In this document: positions 57,332 to 64,000 of the stretch, piece by piece
Layout of the letters: the number at the start of each line of letters is the position of its first letter
Numbering within the stretch: the stretch's first letter is position 1
Source of the DNA: an uncultured Candidatus Saccharibacteria bacterium
Lineage (GTDB): Bacteria; Patescibacteriota; Doudnabacteria; UBA920
DNA: 64,000 nucleotides
NCBI GenBank assembly: GCA_964505635.1
Contig: CAZDIP010000003.1
Span: 79,313-143,312, forward strand
Reading direction: 5' to 3'
The notes under the pieces: model-generated
Told to the model about the DNA's origin: nothing
What the model saw: only the letters and a program-made list of their open reading frames with translations
Databases searched by the model: none
Made by a program: the position numbers and the translations under genes

Positions 57332-58288
57332 TTATAACTGACCAAGGGCGCGTTTTTCGTCTTCGTAGTGGGCCACGTTTTGGAGTTTTTTAGATTTTTT
57401 AATTAGCTTGCTAGAAGTTAAATCTTTATAGGTGTCCGGGCGGCGATTTCTTAAAAAGCCCCAGCCTTCGCTTAAAAATTTGTTGTATTCTAAATCTAAT
57501 TTTTGCACAATAATTTCTTCTTTGTCTTTACTGGCGCGTTTTAAAATTTTACCCCAAGGATCGCTTATAAAAGACTGCCCCCAAAATCGGCTGCGTCCTT
57601 CTACCCCAACGCGATTAGGCGCAGCTACGTATACGGAGTTGGCAATAGCATGGCCGCGCATACTGGTTTCCCAGGCATCGTGCCAATCGTTTTTGTGTTT
57701 ATAGCCAATAATATCCGCAATGGCAGTTGGATAAAAAATTATTTCAGCGCCTTGTAGTCTTGCCATTCTGGCGGCTTCCGGAAACCACTGGTCATAGCAA
57801 ATAAGCACGGCAAACTTTACGCCGTCCACCTCAAAAATTTTATAACCCTCGGTTGAGTGTTCAAAATATTCTTTTTCGTAAAAACCCGGGTCATGAGGGA
57901 TATGGATTTTGTGGTATTGGCCGATTATTTTTCCACCGGGGTTAATTACTATAGCGGTATTGTAATACTTCCCGCCCCCGGTACTGCGTAGGGTACGGGA
58001 CACGGCTTTCTTTTCGTAAATTGGTACAACTAAAGTTACGCCAAATTTTTTGGCTGTTTTTTTCATTTCAGTAATAGTATAGCCCTCTAAGCTTTCCGCA
58101 AAGTCGTCTTTCTTCATTTTTTCCCACTGGGGGAAATAAGGAGTCTGGAAAAGTTCCTGAAGCGCGATTATTTTAGCGCCTTTTTTAGCCGCTTGTTCTA
58201 CCATTTTAATGCTCTTTTGAACATTGGCTTTTACATCAGAGGAAACTTTGGTTTGAATAAGGCCAATGGTTATAAATTTAGTCTTCAT
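57332..58288 (-). CDS. aguB: N-carbamoylputrescine amidase (CN-hydrolase)
   Basis: Nitrilase-superfamily catalytic residues E, K and C are in place (LQELFQ...). Sits next to aguA. Confidence 0.88.
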   Translation of the reverse strand: MKTKFITIGLIQTKVSSDVKANVQKSIKMVEQAAKKGAKIIALQELFQTPYFPQWEKMKKDDFAESLEGYTITEMKKTAKKFGVTLVVPIYEKKAVSRTLRSTGGGKYYNTAIVINPGGKIIGQYHKIHIPHDPGFYEKEYFEHSTEGYKIFEVDGVKFAVLICYDQWFPEAARMARLQGAEIIFYPTAIADIIGYKHKNDWHDAWETSMRGHAIANSVYVAAPNRVGVEGRSRFWGQSFISDPWGKILKRASKDKEEIIVQKLDLEYNKFLSEGWGFLRNRRPDTYKDLTSSKLIKKSKKLQNVAHYEDEKRALGQL

Positions 58289-58823
58289 CGGATTTGTTAA
58301 ATTTCTTGTTATTTTTTATGTGCCCGGCCACATGGTACGGCCTGGGAATGTGTTTTAAATGAATTATTTTTTCTATCCCTCTTGCCCCGTAAGTTAATTT
58401 TAATACCCCTGTATCCAAAATTTTGCCTATTATTCCTTGGTCAACTTCCGCCTCATGAATATTTTCTATGTCTAAAATTTCTTCACGACTGAAAAATATT
58501 CCCTTTCTAATAATAATGCGGTCTGTTTTAAATATATAGTATTCATAAACCCATCTGAGCACAATAATCAAAAGCAGTATTCCAAAAAGTAATTTTACTG
58601 TCCAGAATAGAAAAAAATAAACATCGTCGGTATTAAAAAATGTAAGGCTTTTTTCCTGTAAAATAAATTCCGAGGAAATAATTTCCCGATTATTTTGCCA
58701 AAATGAGAGAAGCCAGTCAAAGAAAAAATATAACAACCAGGCTATCCCGCCTTTAAACAAAAGCACTGCTACGCTTTTGCGAACTAAATGCTCATGCAGG
58801 TTGATAGTTTCAAGCTCGTTCAT
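58278..58823 (-). CDS. bacterial PH-domain (YdbS/YdbT-like) membrane protein
   Basis: Two TM helices followed by a PH-like domain. Confidence 0.55.
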   Translation of the reverse strand: MNELETINLHEHLVRKSVAVLLFKGGIAWLLYFFFDWLLSFWQNNREIISSEFILQEKSLTFFNTDDVYFFLFWTVKLLFGILLLIIVLRWVYEYYIFKTDRIIIRKGIFFSREEILDIENIHEAEVDQGIIGKILDTGVLKLTYGARGIEKIIHLKHIPRPYHVAGHIKNNKKFNKSDED

Positions 58824-58928
58824 ATTTTCCCTTCTGCCTAAAAATAGGCTTTATACGGAAAATCTACTATTATTTTAGCTCTAAAACGCTTACTTTGCAA
58901 TGTTTTTTTTGGAGAGTATAATTCAATC

Positions 58929-60032
58929 ATGGAGTTTTTTCTTACAATCCGCAACATAATAACTAAAGGCCTGTACCAAAACCTGCTTAAGCCGGGTTTT
59001 TTTATGCAGGATCCGGAAAAAGTGCACGATAGAATGGCCATAGCCGGGAAATTTTTGGGCTCAAATTTTATTACCCGCGGCTTAACGAGTTTTGCTTTTT
59101 CTTACAGCCATCCAATGTTGGAACAAACAGTAGCCGGAATTAAATTTAAAAATCCCTTAGGCCTGGCCGCGGGGTTTGACAAGGAAGCCGTCTTAACTCA
59201 AATTTTACCAAGCGTGGGCTTTGGTTTTGAGGAAGTCGGGAGCATAACCGCAAAGCCTTACGAAGGCAACCAAAAACCCAGACTGTACCGATTACCCGAA
59301 AAAAATGCTTTAAGGGTGAATTACGGTCTTAAAAACAGCGGCGCTGACAGTATTTATAATCGGTTAAAAAAACTAAAATTTCAATTTCCATTAGGTATAA
59401 ACATTGCTAAAACCAACAGCGAAAAAACTTCTCACGTAGAAACCGGTATAAAAGATTACCTATATACTTATAAAAAATTTTCAGACGTAGGCGCTTATGT
59501 AACTATTAATATAAGTTGCCCCAATACCTGCGAAAAAAAACCAATTTTTGCAGTGCCAGAAAATTTAGAGCTGCTTTTAAAAGCTATTTTTAAAGAGCCA
59601 AAAGTAAAGCCCATTTTTATAAAACTGTCGCCGGATTTAACAGATGAAAACTTATACGCGCTTTTGGAAGTTTGCAAACAGTATCCGGTAGACGGCTTTG
59701 TTTGCGGAAATCTAACAAAAGAAAATTCCTACAACCATGAAGGTCGGGGCGGTTTTTCCGGCAAATTAGTTGAGGAACTATCAAACCGGCTGATTTCCAA
59801 AGTCTATAAATACTTTAACGGACAAAAAATTATCATCGGCTGCGGAGGAATATTTTCCGCTCAAGATGCCTACAAAAAAATTCGCCTGGGCGCGAATTTA
59901 TTGCAACTTATAACCGGCATGGTTTACCAAGGTCCCCAGTTAATTAGTGAAATTAATTCGGGCCTTGTAAAACTTGTTAAAACAGACGGCTATAAAAATA
60001 TTTCAGAAGTTGTTGGAGCTGGCAGTTACTGA
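58929..60032 (+). CDS. pyrD: dihydroorotate dehydrogenase (quinone), class 2
   Basis: GLAAGFDK, GSITAKP, NISCPN. Confidence 0.9.
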   Translation: MEFFLTIRNIITKGLYQNLLKPGFFMQDPEKVHDRMAIAGKFLGSNFITRGLTSFAFSYSHPMLEQTVAGIKFKNPLGLAAGFDKEAVLTQILPSVGFGFEEVGSITAKPYEGNQKPRLYRLPEKNALRVNYGLKNSGADSIYNRLKKLKFQFPLGINIAKTNSEKTSHVETGIKDYLYTYKKFSDVGAYVTINISCPNTCEKKPIFAVPENLELLLKAIFKEPKVKPIFIKLSPDLTDENLYALLEVCKQYPVDGFVCGNLTKENSYNHEGRGGFSGKLVEELSNRLISKVYKYFNGQKIIIGCGGIFSAQDAYKKIRLGANLLQLITGMVYQGPQLISEINSGLVKLVKTDGYKNISEVVGAGSY

Positions 60033-60772
60033 TTTTGTTTTAGCTGTTTTTCCGCCACTTCTAAATCTTTTGGGGTATTTACCCCCAAAACCTGGTAAGG
60101 GTCAATAACCAAAGAATTTACATACTCCCCTGACTTAATAGCCACTTCCACGATATCGGTTAAATAATACTCACCCTGCATATTCTGGTTTTTGACTAAA
60201 CTTATTTTTTCCCAAAGCCACTTGGCATTAAACATATAAATACCTGGGTTCACTTCTTTAAGTTCGCGTTCTTTTAGATTTGCGTCTTTGTATTCCACAA
60301 TTTTTACAATTTGGCCTTTTTCGTCGCGTATTATGCGGCCGTAAAAATTCAGTGATTCCAAATCGCCTTCAAAACTTTCCGCCTTAGCCGTAAACATGGA
60401 AATATTGGCGCTTTTTTCTTTATGTAAACGCATTAAATTTTTCAGGCTTTCGGCTTTTATAAACGGCATATCTCCGTACAAAACCAAAATATTTTCCGCT
60501 CCGACCTTGGACTTGGCGGCCATAAGCGCATGCGCCGTGCCCAACTGTTCTTTTTGCAAGGCAAAAAAGTAATTATTGCCTAAAATAGTCCTGACCTTTT
60601 CCGCCTCAAAACCGACCACCACCACCGGCTTTATAAGCTGGTTGATTTTTTCCATTTCCTCCAAAATATACAAAATTAAAGGTCTGTGGTTTAAATTAAC
60701 CAATACCTTAGGGATATCCCCGCCCATTCTGGTGCCTTTGCCGGCGGCTAAAATTACAATTTGATTCCTCAC
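60026..60772 (-). CDS. UDP-GlcNAc pyrophosphorylase-type nucleotidyltransferase (GlmU N-terminal domain only)
   Basis: ILAAGKGTRMGGDIPKVL, QKEQLGTAHA and LYGDMPFI match the GlmU uridyltransferase domain. No LbH acetyltransferase domain. Confidence 0.8.
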   Translation of the reverse strand: MRNQIVILAAGKGTRMGGDIPKVLVNLNHRPLILYILEEMEKINQLIKPVVVVGFEAEKVRTILGNNYFFALQKEQLGTAHALMAAKSKVGAENILVLYGDMPFIKAESLKNLMRLHKEKSANISMFTAKAESFEGDLESLNFYGRIIRDEKGQIVKIVEYKDANLKERELKEVNPGIYMFNAKWLWEKISLVKNQNMQGEYYLTDIVEVAIKSGEYVNSLVIDPYQVLGVNTPKDLEVAEKQLKQNQ

Positions 60773-60861
60773 AAATTATTAAATTATTTTAGATTAAAAA
60801 CTTTGTTTATTCTATCAAAAATTTTAAAAAGAAAAAAGGCCTTCGCAGAATTGTCGTTCCG

Positions 60862-61818
60862 CTAGGCCTTTGCGAGATGCTGTTCCACCTCTGTCCGTGT
60901 CGGGCCGTTGTTGCCCCCGGACTTTGCTACTTTCAATCCAGCGGTTACGGCCGCAAAATGTGCGGCCTCTAAAACCAGCGGAAAAGAAAGCTGACGGGTG
61001 TTGTTTACGCCCTTGTCGCACAGAAAGCCAAGCAGGCCTCCTGTGAACCAATCTCCTGCGCCCACCTCGCTGACCATAACCCCACCCTTGGTATAGGATG
61101 GAATATGCGCAATGTGGCCGCCAAAAGACAGGTATGCGCCGTGAGAGCTGTTGGTTACAATCAACAGCTTTACGCCGAGGCCATGCACTGCCTCGGCGGT
61201 TTCGTGGGTAACGCGCGCGTTGCCGGTAAATGCCCGAAACTCGTCGGCATTGCAGACCAAGACATCGGTCTGCCTTAAAACGAGTTTGGCGCAGTCCGGC
61301 TGCGTCATGAGCGATTCACGGGGATTTAAAACCCGCTGGCCCTCTCGCCCTTCAAAAAGGGCAATGGCCAACGGCAGTTCGTCTGAAATTAAGCCGGTGG
61401 CAACCCGCCAACCGACATTTTCAGACACTGCCCGTTGAATTTTTTTAACAGCGTTTGGCACTTTGCCCAAAACCAGATGGCTCTTTAGGCCAATGGCTGG
61501 CATGTGCACGCCGCCGTCAATTCGCACCAATGCTGCGTTGGTTTGCTGGCGAATCGGCATCAAGACATGCTTAACGCCGTTTCTCTTCAGCAGATGCCGC
61601 AGCAAGTGGGTTTTGGTATCATCCCCATTCCCAGCCGTAGCTAAAAGCAAGGACTGATGACCAAATTCCCTCAGTGCCGAACAAAGGTTGACCGAGGTGC
61701 CGCTAAGCCCAAACGAGAAGGACTCAGCCGGCACCTTCGCCGAATGTAAGGTGGAATCATACTTGACTACCACCTCTGGGTTCGCTGAGAACCCTACAGC
61801 GATGGTAGTGTCTGACAT
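60862..61818 (-). CDS. PfkB-family carbohydrate kinase (high GC)
   Basis: GAGDWFTGG signature. About 60% GC. Confidence 0.8.
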   Translation of the reverse strand: MSDTTIAVGFSANPEVVVKYDSTLHSAKVPAESFSFGLSGTSVNLCSALREFGHQSLLLATAGNGDDTKTHLLRHLLKRNGVKHVLMPIRQQTNAALVRIDGGVHMPAIGLKSHLVLGKVPNAVKKIQRAVSENVGWRVATGLISDELPLAIALFEGREGQRVLNPRESLMTQPDCAKLVLRQTDVLVCNADEFRAFTGNARVTHETAEAVHGLGVKLLIVTNSSHGAYLSFGGHIAHIPSYTKGGVMVSEVGAGDWFTGGLLGFLCDKGVNNTRQLSFPLVLEAAHFAAVTAGLKVAKSGGNNGPTRTEVEQHLAKA

Positions 61819-61879
61819 CTTTCCTCCTTACTGAAATTTGGCGCTAACCTTTTCGTTAAGCTAGCCCCCTGACCGTTTC

Positions 61880-62196
61880 CTAACTGGCGATGTACTCCTG
61901 TACTTGCCGTTCTGCATACTGTTTTGGCCAGCAATCTGGCCAGACTGTAGGACTGCACTGTAAGAGCATGATGCTGATTTGATGAGCCGCCGTCCGGCGG
62001 CTATAAGGATCAGCCAAATAGTGTCCGGGATAACGCCTGTCATTGCGACAAGAATTGCCGGCCTTTAGCAACTCTGCGATCAACAGCTGCTTTTCCCCGT
62101 CGTTAGCTGTTTGCAGGATATGGCTTTTTACACCAGCCCCTGCGGGAGTTTGACACCACTCAAAAAAGAGTGGAATGCGGTGGCGCTTCTTCATCA
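61880..62196 (-). CDS. hypothetical protein (105 aa, high GC), upstream partner of the kinase
   Basis: AGGAGAAGGGTG then ATG. MKKRHRIPLFFEWCQTPAGAGVKSHILQ... The longer ORF overlapping the TrmB gene is rejected. Confidence 0.4.
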
Positions 62197-62255
62197 CCCT
62201 TCTCCTAATAAATATACTCACAATCCAAGAAAGGATTGCTGAAATTAACCAGAAT

Positions 62256-63014
62256 CTAAAGTTTTTTCCAGTTAAATTCAAAAATCATTTTTTGGGTTTG
62301 GTATATTTCTTCATTCTGCACCACTACGCCTATGGGATTTAAGGCGTTGTCCAAAGAAATATGCGCGACCTTGCCTGCGTAAATTAATTCATATGTTACT
62401 TTTAAATTTTTAGCCGAAACTTCCATCCACTTGCGTTCGTCCAGACCGTGCAATTTCCCGCCCTCGCCCAATGCAATAGTTTTTACGCAAATGCCCTTTT
62501 TCACTCTTTTTTGACTAAAGTTAGGCATGGCTTCGTAAACATTGTTGCGGACGCTGCTGGAAGAATAAACATAATAAGTTTTCTCAGTTGCCTTTTCCAT
62601 ACTATGTAAAACGTCTTCCAAAATAAACTTAACCCCCTGCTTGCCTTCATATAGCTTAACCGAGGGCTTGCCCCCCTGTTTTTCAAACAGGGTTTGAAGC
62701 AAAGGCAAAGAACTTTCCACGTTTTTTCTAACTTCGTCCAAATCTTCTTTTTTTTGATCTATCGCCGACAGCAATTTTTCCGGGCTTTCCGCGGCAAAAT
62801 ACTGCTTAGATTCTTTGTTATAATAGGCCACTATACCCAACGCAATTAAAGCTTTTAATATATCGTAGGTGGTGCCCCGATTAACTTTGGATTTAGCGGC
62901 TATCTCCCTAACAGAGGCATGGCCAAGCTCAATTAAAGCCAAATAAACGGCAATTTCTTTTTCACTTAAACCAAAATGTTTTAAGATTATTTGAATTTCC
63001 ATAAGCCCCGGCAT
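62256..63014 (-). CDS. TrmB-family sugar-responsive transcriptional regulator
   Basis: N-terminal wHTH (LSEKEIAVYLALIELGHASVREIA...TTYDILKAL) plus a C-terminal sugar-binding-like domain. Confidence 0.7.
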   Translation of the reverse strand: MPGLMEIQIILKHFGLSEKEIAVYLALIELGHASVREIAAKSKVNRGTTYDILKALIALGIVAYYNKESKQYFAAESPEKLLSAIDQKKEDLDEVRKNVESSLPLLQTLFEKQGGKPSVKLYEGKQGVKFILEDVLHSMEKATEKTYYVYSSSSVRNNVYEAMPNFSQKRVKKGICVKTIALGEGGKLHGLDERKWMEVSAKNLKVTYELIYAGKVAHISLDNALNPIGVVVQNEEIYQTQKMIFEFNWKKL

Positions 63015-63217
63015 TGCTCTCTTTATACAAAGCTAATAATATCTAAATGATATACGCAAAAAATATTATTGTCAACTTTTTTCCTGCAATTTATTCTAAA
63101 ATTAAAAAAAGCCTTAAATAAAGGCTTTTAATTAAATTTAAATGTAAGTAAATTTTCTACAATAATTTACATGAGTTTTATAAACGGCCGTGTAAAAAGC
63201 TCATGTAACCTATAAAA

Positions 63218-63751
63218 CTATTTTTTGTAAACATAAATTTCATGGTCTTTAGGTAAAAAATATTTTTCCGAGTAACCTAAATTCGGAAAGGGAAAGTCGC
63301 GAATTATAGCAACGCTCCCCTGCTTGCACTCTTGTAAAAACTTTTGTTCTATCCGCGCCATAAGCGGGGGGTACAAATAAGCATAAATATAATCGGCTTT
63401 AGACCAGTTGCCGGAAAAAAAATTTTGCATTTTAAAGTTGACATTGCCTTTTGCGAATTTGGATTTTATTTTGGCAAATATGCACGTCCACCAGCCAAGT
63501 TCAAAACCCAAACACTCAGCCCCGGTTAAATTGTTAACCAAAAAACAAACCTTGCCGTTGCCGCTGCCTAAATCATAAAATACTTGGTTAGATTTTATGT
63601 CCAATTTTTTTACAATAAACTCAATGTCGGTAGAATGCGTGGGCACAAACGGCACGCGCGTTCTTAAAAACGCCACAAACTCGCTTACGACTAAAAACAA
63701 AACTGTTAATGCCAAAATAAGCAAGCTCAACATAACTAAAGTTAAAATCAT
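63218..63751 (-). CDS. membrane-anchored class I SAM-dependent methyltransferase
   Basis: N-terminal TM. YDLGSGNGKV is motif I. Confidence 0.65.
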   Translation of the reverse strand: MILTLVMLSLLILALTVLFLVVSEFVAFLRTRVPFVPTHSTDIEFIVKKLDIKSNQVFYDLGSGNGKVCFLVNNLTGAECLGFELGWWTCIFAKIKSKFAKGNVNFKMQNFFSGNWSKADYIYAYLYPPLMARIEQKFLQECKQGSVAIIRDFPFPNLGYSEKYFLPKDHEIYVYKK

Positions 63752-63809
63752 AAATTAAGTATAGCAAAAAATTAAAAAACCCCACTGATTTAGTGAGGTT
63801 TCTTATAAA

Positions 63810-63925
63810 CGGGCAACCACCTACTTTCCCTTCCGCATGCGCGGCAGTATCATCGGCACTAGCTCGTTTGACTGCTGAGTTCGGGATGGGATCAGGTCGT
63901 ACCGAGCCGTAAATGTCACCCTCGT
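63810..63925 (-). rRNA. rrf: 5S ribosomal RNA
   Basis: Reverse complement ...CCTGATCCCATCCCGAACTCAGCAGTCAAACGAGCTAGTGCCGATGATACTGCCGCGCATGCGGAAGGGAAAGTAGGTGGTTGCCCG is collinear with bacterial 5S (CCGAACUCAG, GCCGAUGGUA boxes). The helix I ends pair with G-U wobbles. A terminator hairpin plus U-run follows at 63770-63800. Confidence 0.8.
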
Positions 63926-64000
63926 CGTACTTTATTAAATATAATAAAAAACGAGAAGGGTGCACTTTTATTCATTGTCACAAATTGCTAGTCAAATAGA

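Noticed and set aside
61880-62281. Full 133-aa ORF upstream of the PfkB kinase
   Set aside because: The N-terminal 28 codons overlap the TrmB gene in AT-rich sequence. The SD-preceded internal ATG at 62196 was used instead.

Overview
Gene-dense 64-kb chromosomal window from a low-GC bacterium (about 35-40% GC in native genes). The many short proteins and the gene content (comEC, dprA, ndk with an insertion, HU, orphan 5S rRNA) suggest a small-genome lineage such as Patescibacteria/CPR; that lineage call is inference only. I call about 75 protein genes. They lie almost all on the minus strand from 1 to 45.3 kb, on the plus strand from 45.8 to 54.6 kb, and on the minus strand again to 63.8 kb. 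Core genes present: metK, HU, nusB, rpmF, groES/groEL, mutM, rel, ndk, ppiase, comEC, NUDIX, cobA, nrdJ, nrdR, ftsZ, ftsA, rpsU, HIT, hisS, lepB, LCP, der, pth, dprA, capA-like, topA, a DHS-like/aguA/aguB polyamine cluster, pyrD, glmU-NT, a PfkB kinase and a TrmB regulator. RNA genes: tRNA-Gly(UCC), tRNA-Val(CAC) and a 5S rRNA at the right edge. Regulatory elements: a SAM-I riboswitch on metK, a CIRCE variant on groES, and many hairpin terminators. The main accessory feature is a 5.9-kb island of about 60% GC (34.77-40.65 kb) carrying four secreted or membrane proteins. Each island gene has its own textbook TTGACA-17-TATAAT promoter and intrinsic terminator. This island, a 1645-aa giant protein and a GIY-YIG gene together split the normally adjacent ftsA and ftsZ. 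There are further high-GC patches at 4.9-6.3 kb (three small hydrophobic peptide genes), 52.0 kb and 60.8-62.2 kb. Three short repeat families occur. R1 (67-118 nt, terminal inverted repeats) appears four times, always 9-17 nt upstream of a minus-strand start codon. R2 is a hairpin present twice with compensatory arm changes. R3 is a 25-bp perfect direct repeat bracketing a cobA/GIY-YIG cassette, with a partial third copy.
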